A program made the position numbers and the translations under genes. From assembly GCF_009914755.1 (NCBI RefSeq), contig NC_060932.1: a stretch of DNA of 64,000 nucleotides. One strand, written 5' to 3'. This document shows positions 13,271-27,870 of this stretch, piece by piece (positions within the stretch are counted from its first letter, which is position 1; every line of letters starts with the position of its first letter). Under the pieces are notes generated by a model. The model made no database searches, had not been told where the DNA came from, and worked only from the letters and a program-made list of their open reading frames with translations. Origin of the DNA: the human T2T-CHM13v2.0 reference genome, Homo sapiens.

Positions 13271-15428
13271 TTTATAAAAGAAAAACAATCACAATAACAA
13301 CATAACCAAACTCCTGAGTAATGTAACGCTTCCTATTATGTACAGGAAGAAGGGAAATGTATCTTAGAACTGTGGTGCTTTGCAATCAGCTGGAGCTAGG
13401 CCAAAATTTGTGAAATCATATTGCAAACCCAAGTGTGAAAATACGAGATGTGTTTGAGCTAAAAAACAAGTCTTTGTGTCAGTCGAAATGCCACACATGT
13501 CATGTCTCAACATGTAACGCTATCAAAAATTAAGCAAAGTGTTTCATTTTCCCGGTGTCAATTTTAACACCTAAAAATATTTTTGGCATTGTAATTACTG
13601 TTTTCATTCCATTAGGCCTTCTGCGAGTAGGAATGTTTTGTCTACAATTCTAATAATCACTTATACTTTTCATGAGCAGATTTATTGCTTCATTAAACCT
13701 AATTTTTTATAGCTAATAATAAAAGTTTTACCAAACCTAGTAAACCTCACAATTTTGTGCTTCAAAATTGTTTGTTCCTCACCCCCTTAATATGTTATGA
13801 ATGAAATCAGTATTGTCATTTTTCACAAATAGACTATATGTCATCGTGATTTTCTGTTTCCAGGCAGAAAAGTCTCATTTTAGGTAAAATAAGAGTTGTA
13901 ATCTCCTCTTGCAGGTATTAAAAAAGAGGGAATTCAAGTATAATATTCTTTAATTTGATTCGCAGTGCAGAATGTTTTTTAATGTAAGTCTAGGTGAGGA
14001 GGAGCTGCACTCTCTTTAGTTTCATTAGTCCATTGTATTACTTGCTAAGAAACAGGGTAAAAGTTTCATTAATAGAAAAATTATGAATGTCTTCCGTGCA
14101 CCAGACCATAGTAAAGAGGAAAGATTCAATCCTGGAGGTAGCAAGATGAGCTTGATCTCAGATATACTAGGAAAGACCTACCTACAGCCAAGAGAAAGAG
14201 CACCCTTACTACATCCATATTGCAATGCAGCCTGGATTTGCATGACCAATAAACTTGCATCATGTTAAGCCATTGAGCTTTCTGGGTTTATGCATTACTG
14301 CAGCAGAGCCTAGCCTGTTCTAAGAGATACTTACTTCTCCAGGTTGTCATGTGTATCAAATGAGATATGCATGTAGAATGTCTAGGGCACTGCCCAGCAT
14401 CTTGTATGTGCTCCTCAAATGATCCTCCCCCTCATCTAACCCATACCTAAGTTGGGTCATAAGAATCAATGAAGATAGAAAGGCTCAACCATGGCCCAAG
14501 TGGCATGTTATTTTTGCCTCGCCTCTCTGAATGTCATGACAGCCCAGAAAATGTTATAGAGCTTATGTGGCCATATGCGAATGACATGAGACTGCCAGGT
14601 TTACAGCAAATTATAATGGAGCTCTTGGGCTAACAAAGGCAGCCCTGGTCTGAAAGGTTGGAGAGCATTTTGATGAATATATATGAAGAGATGTTTCTTC
14701 TCTCCCTGTCAGGCCTTCTGCAGCTGAGATGATAAACATTTGAAGCTGCCTGGGCCATTCATCAGCTATGACATTCAATGGAGTTGGGATCACAGGTCAG
14801 CCTGATGCTGGCCGTGGGCAGAGACAGTCCATGAGTTCCTATCAGACCACTTGCTCAGAGTGAGGAACTAATTCCAATGACCCCAGGAGGAAATAGATTG
14901 TTTCTTTCTGGATACTAAGGGTAGAGTGCTGGGTTCAAGTTCCTTTTCTGCCTTAACCAGCTGTGTCCTTTGGGAGGATCGGCTCTCTCTAGGACTCCCT
15001 TTCCTCCCTGGTACATGGGTGGATGGGAATAGAGAGCACTTTGTACATTTCATGCAGAAACAGCAGAATCCACTTTTCAAGCAAAATCATTATGCGTAAA
15101 TTTAACATAAAAAATGTAAAAGTAGAAATGTTTAGGTTGAAATAGGAACAAGGACGGGGAGACACTCCCAATAGCCACCTCACAGCCATCAGGCAGCTCC
15201 ACAGCAGCCCTTGCTCTGCAGGATTCGGTTTGAAAACTTGAGGCATGGATCATCTCTCGGGTTTTTTTTGAGTTCTACTACTCTGTGACTTTCACTGTTT
15301 TTCTTCCACACCATTTACTGCGAGGTTTCTGCCCACAGTGGGGGCCTTACGCGGCCTGCTCTCATGCTTCTTGCTTTGCAACAGTCTGTCTTGGGTTTTT
15401 CTCAAACAAAGATGGGTTCCTTTTCTTT

Positions 15429-15705
15429 ATGTTTTTTTTTTTTGTTTTTGTTTTTGTTTTTCTGACAGAGTCTCGCTCTGTCACCCAGGCTGGGGTGCAG
15501 TAGCACGATCCTGGCTCACTGCAACCTCCGCCTCCTGGGTTCAGGCAATTCTCCTGCTTCAGCCTCCCGAGTAGCTGGGACTACAGGCACCTGCCACCAC
15601 GCCCAGCTCATTTTTGTATTTTTAGTAGAGACGGGGTTTCGTCACGTTGGCCAGGCTGGTCTCAAACTCCTGACCTCAGGTGATCTGCCTGATTCAGCAT
15701 CCCAA
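15429..15705 (-). mobile_element. AluS-type, slightly 5'-truncated
   Basis: Reverse Alu with perfect 15-bp TSD gggttccttttcttt at 15414-15428 and 15706-15720. Confidence 0.95.
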
Positions 15706-16854
15706 GGGTTCCTTTTCTTTTAAGGAACTGGAAAGAGGTCGTTCAACAACTCTAAAGCTGCATGTACCCCTGAGGCTCTCCCCTTCTCTCTTTCCCTACC
15801 TTGGAGAAACAAATAAGATAATAATATGAACCGTTTCCTGTGTATTTATAGGACTGTGTTTTACATAAGTAATTTTAAAGTTTTACCCAGCTTAAGGGAA
15901 ATATGAAAAAGAATGAGTGCAGGTGAGCCCACCCCTCTTCACCTGCAAGAGGGTCCCCAGACAACCCCCAGAGTGAACCCCCTCCAGGTGTCATCGCCAG
16001 CCTTTCTCTCTGAGCCCTCTCACCTGCATCCTGCCTGTATCCTGACTTCTCTCTCCTGCTGCTCCAAGCCTGACTGCCTCCCTCTGGATGTTGCTTTAGC
16101 TGTAGTCGGCTTCACTCTCACTTCCCACTTTGCTCTTCCAACACTGGCTCTGCTTTGTGTGGGGTAATTCCACCCCACACCTGCAGAAAGTAGGCCGGAC
16201 CTGGTGTCCTGCTCCTCCTTGACACATTAGGAGACCCCGCCCCCACTCCAAACTCATCCTGGGCACCACATCAGTTGAGTATTCTTGTAGCACAGCCTCC
16301 AGGCCCCAAAACTCCATGCTGCTCTGAGCTCTGCCAGCTACAGAGCTGCCCCATCCTTCCTGTCTGGTAGGATATACATGCAGTCTCCACCTCTCTGACT
16401 TTGAACTCTGCATACAGTCAGTCTTTCTCATCCTCCACCTCTGATGATAAGCCTTGGGAAGTGTCTGATAACCCCCTCCAATTTCATCTGTGATACCTGA
16501 GGTGAAGCCCTCACCTGGCTCTCCTTGATTCTGTCTAGAAGAAAGTGGGAGAATAGAAGGAAGAAGAGAAGGTGGAAAAAGTGGCTTTAAAGTGCCCTGT
16601 AGCCCTTGAGATGTGAATCTTATACCCTCCTATTCCCCTAAAGGGAAATGGGAACAATGAAGATGATAAGTTGGTGGGTAAAACAACAACAACAACAATT
16701 CTAAGAATTGCTAACACATATAGTGTTTATTTCGTGCCAAACATTCTAGTCTCACTTGTTTGCCGTTGGATCCTTACGACATTGCAGAAAGCACTGCTGT
16801 TATTCCCAAAGGTGTTATTTTTTCAACGTGATGTAGTGAGGTCTAGTGTAAGAC

Positions 16855-16990
16855 AAACATAGATTCAAATTCAGCTCTGTCATATTTTAGTCTTTTCACT
16901 TAAACAAGTCATTTCATTTCTCTAAGCCTCAGTTTTCTCACATGTACTACAGAAATAAGAAAGGAGATTTGCCTATAAATGCTTAGCACA
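16855..16990 (+). mobile_element. MIR
   Basis: gattcaaattcagctctg...aagtcatttcatttctctaagcctcagttttctca. Confidence 0.65.
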
Positions 16991-17142
16991 GGACAGGACA
17001 TAATCCCACCACACTGGCTTTTTTCTTTATTCAGAAGGTATTCAAAGTGAGCATTACAGAAATTAACATACCTAAGTGACAGGGTTAAAATATAGGAGTT
17101 AAATGAAAAGCTCAGTATTTTCTCCAAGCTATGTGGATCCCA

Positions 17143-17310
17143 ATTCATTCATTCATGCATCCATTCATTAAATAGATACTTTTTGAGCACCATCTGTGCT
17201 TTAAGCACTATTTTAGGTAGGTACTAGGAATACAACAATGAACAAGACAGGCAAGCCCCTACTTTTACGGTGCTTATATCTAGTAAGGTAAACTGATAAT
17301 AAACAAGTAA
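17143..17310 (-). mobile_element. L2 3' end
   Basis: ttcattcattcatgcatccattcatt...ttgagcaccatctgtgc. Confidence 0.65.
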
Positions 17311-18269
17311 CAAGAATATGTTAAGCATTTTGAAGTAGATACAGCAGGAATAATTTAATGTATCTCCATATGCCAATACACACATGAGCACACATATACA
17401 TGCACACACATGCACATAACACATGCGCATGCCCAATCACAGGCACACTTGGATGCAAACTCACACCCACACACCTTTGCCTGTGTGCTCTTTCAGTGTC
17501 TCCTTTTACATTATCTTTACCCCACTCAGCCAGAGAAATCCATTGCCTTAGGGAGGATTAGGAGACTTACAGCAGTAATACTGAGAAAGCATCTATATGG
17601 AACTTTTGATTCCCAAAATAGTCACCCAGAGTATTCAGAGACTGGAGATGTCAGGCAAGACTTCTCCTGCCAGAAAAGAAGTGGATACTTTCTGTAGAGA
17701 AGAAGTGGGATACTTTCTGCAGCAGAAGAAGGCAGAGAGCTCTGTGGGTCCTCATCCAGGATGGAGATGCTGCCTTGGTCTCTGAAAATCACCCCTAACA
17801 CTCAATGCTGGAGCCTCAGCCATAAGATGGGGTGATGCTGCATAATCCCTGTGTATGTGAGGGCTCCTCTTCCCCACCATGCTCACGTTAAAGCTGGATT
17901 GGTAAGCAGAAGGAAAAGAGTGAAGCGTGTGGAGGGGTGGCCCTGAGATGCTGCTCCAATCTTCCCATTTCTAGGAGATAAAGAAGCTTCCATGTACCCC
18001 GGTGGAGGGACTGGACAATGAGGTCCTGAGTGGACAGTGGACAGTCAGAGGCCTGAAGCTGGAAGGGGAGCCACTAAGAGCTGGGATATCATGGCTAGAG
18101 TAAAGGGTGGTCTCTACCTAGAGTGGAAAGTCACTGAAAGTTTCCAGTAAGGAAATTATATGATCCAATGCATATTTTTAAAAAGTTGCCTCTGGTGATG
18201 TGTAAATAATACTGTAGGGGAACAAGAGAGGAGTGGAGATTTGTCAGAAGGCATGCCCCATGCAAGGGG

Positions 18270-18536
18270 TATGGCCATAGCCACACAGCTAACAGCTGAG
18301 GCTGGAGCAGCTGGAGCCCTTCGGGTGTCTCTGGTGCTGTGGAGTCTCTCCATATGTCTCTTCCAGCATAACAGCTTCAGGGTCACCGGGCATGTGCGTA
18401 TCAGTCTAGTACTCCAGGTTGTGCCATAAGAGAGTAAGTCAGGTGGAAGTTGCATCACTTTTCTAACCTAGCCCTGGAAGCATCACTTCTATTCTTCAGA
18501 AGCAAAGTACTAAGGCCAGCCCATATTCAAAGGGAG
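18270..18536 (-). mobile_element. Older MLT1 LTR fragment, interrupted by the next element
   Basis: caggtggaagttgcatc...aaggccagcccatattcaaagggag. Confidence 0.55.
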
Positions 18537-18939
18537 TGTCTTCATCCATTTGTGCTGCTATAACACAATGGCTTAGACTGGGTAATTTATAAGCAACAGA
18601 AATGTGTTTCTTCCAGTTCTGGAAGCTGGGAAGTCCAAGATCAAGGTGCTGGCAGTGTCAGTGTCTGGTGAGGGCTTGTTCTCTGCTTCCAAGATGGTGC
18701 CTCTTGCTGCATTCTCACATGGCCAAAGGGGCAACACTGTGTCCTCCTGTGGCACAAGGGCCAAAGGGCAAAAGGAGGTCTTGCTAGTTCTCTCCAGCCC
18801 TTTCATAATGTCCCTAACTCCGTCCATGAGGACTGAGTCCTCATGGTCTCATCCCTTCCCAAAGGCTTCACCTCTTAGTACTGTTGCATTGGGGATTAAG
18901 CTTCAACATGAATTTTGGAGGGGCACAAACATTCATAGT
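18537..18939 (-). mobile_element. MLT1A-like solo LTR
   Basis: tgtcttcatccatttgtgctgctataac...ttggggattaagcttcaacatgaattttggagggg; GGGAG on both flanks. Confidence 0.8.
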
Positions 18940-18994
18940 GGGAGACACCACCTCTTGTGTAGTCTGTATAAGAAGCATGTAGATATGACCACGT

Positions 18995-19312
18995 GAGAAC
19001 TTGGCTACCTTAAGACTGCCACGCTGGAGAGGCCACGTATTGACACTCCAGTGAAGAGGCTAGGTGAGCCCAGCTTCCAGCCGTCCCACTGAGGCACCAG
19101 ACGTGTGAACCCCCAACCATCCTGGACCCTCTAGAACAGCCTGTCTACCAGTGGAATGCCATCTGGTGGACCTCCACCAAAGCCTTGTGGAAGAGTTACC
19201 AGCTGAGTCCTGCTCAAATTCCTGGTCCACAAAATTATAAAATATAATTAAATGATGGTCGTTTTAAGTCATTAAGGTTTGGAATAGTCTGTTACACAAC
19301 AAGAGATAACTG
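18995..19312 (+). mobile_element. MLT1 (G/H-like) LTR 3' part
   Basis: ctggagaggccacgt...ccagctgagtcctgctcaaattcctg...ttttaagtcattaaggtttgg. Confidence 0.65.
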
Positions 19313-19697
19313 TAGTGTTGGGGAAAATCCATTATTTGGAGGCAACGAAAGGTTGGGAAGAGAGAATCAACAGTTCATTTGTAAACCTGTTAGGCTTGAA
19401 GTTAATGATGTTGTCAACAAGGCAGCTGAAGAAGTGAGGCTGGAGCTGCAGGGAAAGGCTGTGTGGGACCCATGGGCTGTGTAAGTGTCAGGGGTAGCTA
19501 TGATTCAGCAGGGAAGCACTGACTTGCACACTTGATAGAAATTCTTGGATCCAGTTCAGCCACTCATTCATACATTCATTCATAGTGTAGGCCTGGGTAA
19601 GGTATTTCACCTTTCTCATTCTCACTTTCTTCATTTGGAAAATGAAGAGATCTTGTGCACATGTGAACCAACACTACCTGTATAAAATCACCCAATA

Positions 19698-20186
<489 letters not shown>

Positions 20187-22333
20187 GTACCCAAAAGAGC
20201 CTCTTTCCCTATGCCTTCCCTCTAAGACACAACAAACAGCCTAAACCGAAGCCCAATATGAGGATGGAAACCCTCATATCCGCCTGTGGTATTAATGAAG
20301 TAGGAAATATGGCTATTTATATTGTCATTGTCCAGGAAAATACCTTGAAAAGGACAATGTCTTAAAATAAAGTGTAATTTCTAAATTAAAAAAATGTTGA
20401 ACATCCAGGTCTCAGGTGACTCTCCCATCTTGTGGAAACAAGCAGGAAGCCCACGTTATTATTTTCTTCTTTACTCAAAACACTGAGGAAAAAGAAATCT
20501 TCTTTTCCCTTTTTTAGTCCTGAACCACATTCACATCCCTGCCTCCCATGGAGACTTTTCTTCAGCTGCAATTTACAAATGTGAAAAGCTCCCCTCCAAC
20601 CCCCACCCGAGACACACTTTATTTAGGAATAAGAAGGAAGGAGGGCCCTGCTGTGTCCTCCTTTTGTCTCCGTCTTCTTTCCTCTCACACGAGTGACACA
20701 GAAAGAGAAGGAAAATTATGCATCGAGGAAGGCCCTGAATGCAAGACTAAACAAACACGCGACAACCAAAACTGGGGTCAGAGGCCTGCTTTCCAAACTA
20801 GGTCTTGGGGGTGGGTGGAAATCGCGGGAGCTGCTCTATTGAAATTTGCTCTGGCTTCTGGGAGCCACATGTCCTGTCCAACATCCCCGCCCCCCACAAC
20901 TCCCCACCACCAGACAAAAGAATTTCTCTTGTAGAAAAACAAGATCAGAAGACCATAATTGTTTAATTGTTTGTTGTTGTTTTCCTTAAGTAAAACATGG
21001 CAAGTGTATGTTAATGTATTTGGGGAAAGGGAGATTTGGCTGGAGGGCACAGGAGGCTGGAGGTGTATGCTAATTGCATGTTCTCTATTAAATCCTCCAG
21101 GTCCCTAAAGCTCCCTCCTCCCTGGCACAATATCACAGAGGTCTCAGAGGCTGCTTTGAGGCTTTTGCAGAGGCTGGAAGACAACCCTTTGGAGTTCAGC
21201 TATGATGATGACTGAGTTTTATTCTGGCCCCACGGTGATGGGCTATGCCACTGAGCCTGCCTTCTCCTGGAGAGAAAGGTGCCGATTACAGGCGGCAGGG
21301 TGGGGACAGCACAACAGGCGGGCCAGAAGCCCTGGCCCGAACTAGATTTGGACCTAGAGGGCTGCTCGCAAATGAGCTCAAGCCTTGCATGCGCCTCTCA
21401 GCCGCCGGCATGGACTGTTAGGGGCTTTTTGAAGTAAGAGAAATATATCTCCCAGCAGCCTGGGATGGAGGAGATAAAGGAATAAAGATTGAAGTGACAA
21501 GGCACAAAGTGAACAGCTGCTCCTGCTGGTTTGGCAAAAGGAAGGGTGGAGAGGTTTAGGGAAAGATACACCCTGAGCCTTAAAGGTGACGTCAGGGAGC
21601 ATGGCCTTCCCACAGCCACGGTTCACTGAGGTATGGCAGCGTAGTGTCCAAGGGACCTTCCAGGCAGCTTGCACAAGCCTCTCCTCCTCCAAGGATGGAA
21701 TCTCCCTGCCACCCACACTGCCACGTCTCTGCCCGATTCCTTCATGAAGGGCGACAATGCCTCCCGGACACACACCCCATATTTCCAAGGCTCTGACAGC
21801 TTTGTGCTCCTCATGCAGCCTTCAGACAGGCGCCCTCCCCACCTTCCTCCCGGCACTCCGTCGCTCCCGCTGACCACCATCATGCTATACCATGCCGGGT
21901 TTTGAGGGGTGAGCTGCTAATGGGAATGAATGTGGCTTGTATCATGTTTAGGAGGGAAGCATCCCCATCTGGTATCCAGAGGCTGGGGTTTAGCTCAGCT
22001 CCCATCTGGCTCCGCAGCTATAGGAAAGTTGCTCCTCTGCTTTCAATCTGTTATCCATCTGTAATGGTGGGATGACCTGGGTGATCTTTGAGTGCCCTTG
22101 TCCCTCCAGCCCCAGTGATTCTGTCTCCCTGGTACCACGATCACAAACTGGATATTGAGCTGATGAGTTTGACCCAGCATGGCTCCTCTGATGCCGGTGG
22201 GCTTGGTGTTTAAGGCAAATTTTAATTATAACTCTAGGAGGGTGCAGCACACATCAAAGCACATCACAGAGAAAATAGGAAGTAATTCATCAGAAAACAA
22301 AAGCTGTGAGCTCTGGAGACAGAGAGTAAGGGC

Positions 22334-22728
22334 TGTGTTAGTTTCCTCTTGCTGCTATGACAAATAACCACAAACTTAGTCGCCTAAAACAACACGCATT
22401 TACTCTCTTACAATTCTGGAGGTCAGAAGTCCAAAACAGGTCTCACTGGCCAAAGTCAAGCTGTTGGCAGGACTGTGTTCCTTCTGAGGGTTCTAGGGGA
22501 GTGACCATCTCATCCTTCTAGCTTCTCAAGAGGCCTCCTGCACACCTTGGCTCATAGCAGCTTCCCTCATCTTCAAACCAGCAGCGTAGCACCTTCCAAT
22601 CGCTCTCTGACTCGGACAATCACTCTCAGACCTCCCTCTCTACATTTAAAGGATCCTTGTGATTACATTGAGACCTCCCAGATAATCCAAGATAACTTAT
22701 TTATTTTAAGTTCAGCTGATTAGCAATC
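22334..22728 (-). mobile_element. MLT1C-like LTR
   Basis: tgtgttagtttcctcttgctgctatgacaaataaccacaaacttag...ttctggaggtcagaagtcc. Confidence 0.75.
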
Positions 22729-22729
22729 A

Positions 22730-22844
22730 TGACTCACCAAGCCTCCACAATTGCACGAGCCAATTCCTTAAAATAAATCTCTAGACAGAGAAATGGATAA
22801 ACAGGTAGATAGGTAGACAGATAGATAAATAGATAGATAGACAG

Positions 22845-22901
<57 letters not shown>

Positions 22902-22937
22902 ATTGGTTCTGCCTCTCTGGAGAACACTGACTAATAG
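22730..22937 (+). mobile_element. MLT2 (ERVL) LTR 3' end
   Basis: gcctccacaattgcacgagccaattcctta...cctattggttctgcctctctggagaacactgactaata. Confidence 0.75.
22805..22898. repeat. Compound microsatellite (TAGA)n-(AC)26
   Basis: Read directly from the sequence. Confidence 0.95.
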
Positions 22938-25331
22938 AAACTCCCCCAAATGTATTATAATAATTGTCTAATACCTGTATTCCTCATTAGATTATAACTT
23001 CCATGTGGCAGAAAACAGGGTCTGTTTTGCTCAATCTGAAGCACACAGGGTACTAGTCAGCATCTGCCAAGACTCACAGCTCCGTGAGTTATGATGCTTT
23101 CTTCAATGCTGCAGGTTGGATGCAGGTTCACTCTTACATGTGTTTTCACATTTAAAGATCCAGCCAATGGCAGAAATGTATAATCCTCTTACAGGGGAAA
23201 AAGCAAGTAATTGAGAAAAATACAATCTACACTATGTAGGATAGTGCCTGACATAAATATTATTTATTGAATAGTGGTGTAGATGAGCTGCCTCTATAAA
23301 AGAGGAGAGAGTTGGGAAGGATTGGGTAGGCCCTGTACATTACCATCTCTTTTAATCTTCATAACAAGTTTTCCAATAAGGACTTGTAATTTCTATTTTG
23401 CAAACGAAGCAATTGTGGGCTAGAGTGAAAATCAAATCCAGTTCTCTCTGGCTCTAGCATCCAGACTCTTCATCTAATCTTTTTACCCTGAAGAATTATT
23501 GGGAGGATAAAGCATGGCAAAATGTTGTCTTAAAGGATTGACATTTACTATATAAGCACAAATTATCATTAGCAGTGGGAAGTTTGATTAATATGAATAT
23601 GGACTACAAAAACAGTAAAAAGCTGATAGATTAAAACTCTCAGGCCCTTTATATCTTATGAATGTAAAGAAATGCTTGAAGTGAGAGCTAGAATCCAGGT
23701 TTCTCCTCCATCCAGGTCCTTTCCTACCACATCTCTCTAGGCCAAAGCTTCTTTTTCCTATGGCAACATGGAGTAGTTGACATGTAACTGGCGAAAATTG
23801 CATTTGCTTTTCACCATCTACTAGGATAAGAGAGGCAATGATCCAGTAATCCAATTGCCAAGTGCCAATTTCATTTGAGATAATTGCTGATAAAATCAGA
23901 AAGAAAACTTCAGCAAATCTGAAAACAGATTATGGCAGAATTCAGTGGCACAATGGGCTGATATTAAATATTGTTTCAGTGCTTGGGATCAGACTTCATA
24001 CTGACTCTAGATGAACACTGGGCCACGGGATTTGGATTAAAGCCAGGCAAAGCCAGGTCTCCTGTTATTTATGGTACTTGGATTCTGAGTTGGAAGCAGA
24101 TTCCTAAAGCAACCTTACCTGTTTCCACCTGAAGCTCACAACTATTACAGATTTGGATTCAAGAATAGCTTGACCTGAAATTGCAGTAATCTCACTGTCT
24201 GTGCCACTTATGTACTCCTGCCATCATTCCTAGCCTCACGTCCTAGGAGGTGGATATTACTTTCTTCATATAACTGCTGAGAATTTGATTCTTGCTCAAG
24301 TTCACATTGATAATAAGGGACAGAGCTAGAATTCAAACCTAGGTGGTTTGTTTTAAGGGACTTGATCTCCCTATTGGACCACACTGCCTCTTAATACGTT
24401 CTGAATGATGGTAGCCATATCATATAATTGAGGGTCAAAAATCTACCTTGGATAATCCTATTTAGCTTTCTACTATGATTAGTTTAATTTTATTACTGCC
24501 ACAGTCTGCTTCATAAATGCAGCACAGAAAAAGCCGAATGTAATTAAAATAGCTAACTATTGAAACAGATGTGCATCTGCAAAGCTGAGCACCAATTGAA
24601 TTTTTAAGCAACATATCGTATTTTATATGCAAAAACATCTCCATTAATTTGTTCATTCAACAAACAATTATTAGTGCCTTGATGCCAGCAGTCACTTTAA
24701 TAGATCCTGGGAACACAGAGATGAATGTGACCCTGTATCTGTTTTGAGAAGCAGAGACTTTAGTGAAGGGGGATGACCAAAGAAATCATGTGATGACAAG
24801 CCTCCTCCTTAGTCACCCCTCTCCTTTACACCCAAGACCACCCCTCTCACAAGGCTTCTATCCCAGGGCCATCTGCAGTCCTTTCCTGCTCTCTGGCCGT
24901 GCCCATCCACACTGTCCTGAGACTGTGGCTCTGTGAGCTCATCCTTGTCTTCTCTGCAAGGGTCCAGGTTAATTCTGAGCATCAGTAGTGGCTTCTCTAC
25001 TCACATGACCCAAAGAGACCTGGATGCAATAGTCAGACATATTTCCACTGCTTCCCTCGCCTCATGGAAATCTAGCACTTTCCTATGCAATTTCTGCTAA
25101 GTCTAGGGGGCTCACTTTCTCAGAGCTTCTTCAGCCTCTTATGTTCTTATTTTATGTGCTGTTTCTGTCCTACATCATGCTGACCTCAACATGAAAGCAA
25201 GCTCATTCCTAATTTCTGCATGCATGCACAAACACACATGTATGCATGTATGCAGACAAAATGCACACATGTACACAGAGCACACATATGCTCACATTTG
25301 CACAAATACACATACACACAAGCACACATAC

Positions 25332-25842
25332 TATGATGGATACTTTTATGTGTCAACTTGACTGGGCTAAAGGGTGCCCAGATAGTTGGTAAAACATTAT
25401 TTCTGGGTATGTCTGAGGGAGTGTTTCTTAAAAGATTAGCATTTGAACTAGTAGAGTGAGTAAAGAAGCTCTGCCCTCAGTAATGTGGGTGGGCAACATG
25501 TAATTCATGGAGGCCACAGATAGAACAAAAAGGCAGAGGAATGACAAATTACCTTTATCTCGCCTTGTGCTGGGACAATCACGTTGTCCTACCATTGGAC
25601 ACTGGAGCTCTTCAGGACTTTGGACTCTGAGACTTCCACCAGTGGCTGCCAGGTTCTCAGGCCTTTGGCTTCGGACTGAATTACACCATCAGCTTTCCCA
25701 GGTTTCCAGCTTACAAATGGCATATGTGGGACTTCTTGACCTCCATAATTGTGTAAGCCAATTCCCATAATATATCTTCTCTTCTGTATCTCTCTGATAC
25801 ATTTTGTTGGTTCTGTTTCTGTGGAGAACCCTCACTAATAAA
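25332..25842 (+). mobile_element. MLT2 solo LTR
   Basis: tatgatggatacttttatgtgtcaacttgactgggcta...ggagaaccctcactaata. Confidence 0.8.
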
Positions 25843-25858
25843 CGCACATACACACACA

Positions 25859-25893
<35 letters not shown>
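25843..25893. repeat. Imperfect (CA)n microsatellite
   Basis: Read directly from the sequence. Confidence 0.9.
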
Positions 25894-25894
<1 letters not shown>

Positions 25895-27739
25895 ACTTAT
25901 AATAAGCATTCATGAGTTTGGTAAACTTTACTGAAGATTTGGTGCTGCAGGTGTGGGGGATGGGGATAGCATTGCACACCACACAACTCCCAGCTATCTT
26001 ATTTTCCCACCTGCCCTCCTTCCTGCCATCCCTGCTCCCTACTATTCCCCCCAGGATTGTCCTGGGATACTCTGGATTCTTCTTTCCTTTACACAGAATA
26101 ATTCAGCTCCCACCCCCTGCATGTCCTCACATACCTATCCTGTCAAACCCAACAAGCAGAGCAAAAGGCCTTCCACATAATGCTTTCACCTTCTATACAT
26201 AGCCCTTGTAATTTTAGCTTAAAAAACTTGTTTTTCTACATGCTGCACTTGTGGATTAATTCACTTAGCAAATTCACTGAGCAATCCTGTGCTAGCACTG
26301 TGCAGGGGCAGTGAGATGCAGCAGTCAGTGGGACACTCAGCCCCTGCTTGCTCTCAAGGAGCCCATTGACTGGCAATTACAGCACTCAACTGCCTTGGTT
26401 AGTTTATCACAGGAAGGGGCATTAGATGTCCCAGAACATTCAACAACCAAGGTGTTGCTCTCATCACAGCCTGACCTTCAGCACAGCTTTGCCCCTACTC
26501 TGCCTCTTTCTGCTTCCAGATGAAGGAGTCCTTGGGGTCCCCAGAGTGACTGGCAGGTGCTCCAGATGTCCACTGAGCAGGCTGAAGGTGGGGGCCAGAG
26601 GAAAAAAGAAGCAGACAAGTGTTGGTGTCCAGAGTTTCTTGCATAGACAATGAGACAGACTGGTGGAGACAGTGACAGGGTATCCTGGATGAGGCAGGGA
26701 GGCAGGCAGCCTCAGGAAACCCATTACCAAGAAGCAGGCCAAAGGCCACAGTGGAAGCACCAGGCAGCCCAGCCTTGGGAGAGGGAGGGAGGCAGAGGAG
26801 CAAGGGCCACTGGCTGGGTAAGGCCGAGCCACAGATCTGTGTACCTTCCCTCTGCATAGCACACAGGGCCTCTCCCAGCATTCATGCTCATTCTTGGAAC
26901 AGAGGAGGACTGCAGACGGCATTTTGTGGTTTTAAGGATACTTTGGGGAACCATTTGGAAAATAAATTAAGCATTGGCAATGGGAAAAATCACTCCAGAA
27001 GCGATTCGGATCTGGGCCTTCCTAGAATGGACTTCTGAAAGTAGGGCCTAAAGATTCTTTCTAAGAGGACAAAGCTGCTGTTTGTGAAGACAGAAAACTT
27101 TGGGAAACTTCCAGGGGAGCCAGGTAGGAAGCAAGTGATGGTTTCTGGGCCCAGGGAGGAGAAAGCAGACTGAGTCAGTGTCCTCCAGGAAGATGTAAAC
27201 ATGCACACACTGATCCCTACATGTAGGGATGGAGAGCAATGTTAAGGGCCAACTTAACGACTGCTAGCACATGTCCTGTGAATTAACCCATTTAATACCC
27301 ACAGCAACCTATGAGACAGGCCTGGGGCCACAGTACATAGGGAGACCCTTACCTCGTCTTCATCCTTAGTCTGTCTCTTATCACGAGGGGGCAGACATTC
27401 AATGCATGGACTGTCCAGTCACAAGTTGAAGCTCAGTCCAGAAACCTGTTGCAATCAGCAGCCCCTTGGACACCCTGCAGGCCTAGGAGTGTCATGGCAC
27501 TGTCTGCCCTGAGAAGGACAGGCCAGGGAAGAAGCCGTGTGGGCCCTGCAAGGCCATGGGTTAGAGGCTACTTAGGCCAGGAATTCCTAAGCTCCTCACA
27601 CCTAGAATGTGGTGTGGCAGCGGGTATGGAGGATCCCGGTGAAACGTGCCCCGGTCCCCAGAGAAGGATGTGGCTGGAGGAGGCCAGAACAAAGCTCTCC
27701 AGAGCATGGCCTAGGCTGCCCTGATCTAAGGCAGTACAG

Positions 27740-27870
27740 CTTGTTATCATTGGTTCCATTCTCACAGATGAGGAAACCCAGGCCCCAGAAGGTCAAGTAA
27801 CTTGCGCAAGGTGAGGGAGCTAAGAGGAGGCAGAGGTAGGATTTGAATGCAGGTGGTCTGACTGGCTCTC
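27740..27870 (-). mobile_element. MIR
   Basis: ccattctcacagatgaggaaacccaggccccagaaggtcaagtaacttgcgcaagg. Confidence 0.75.
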
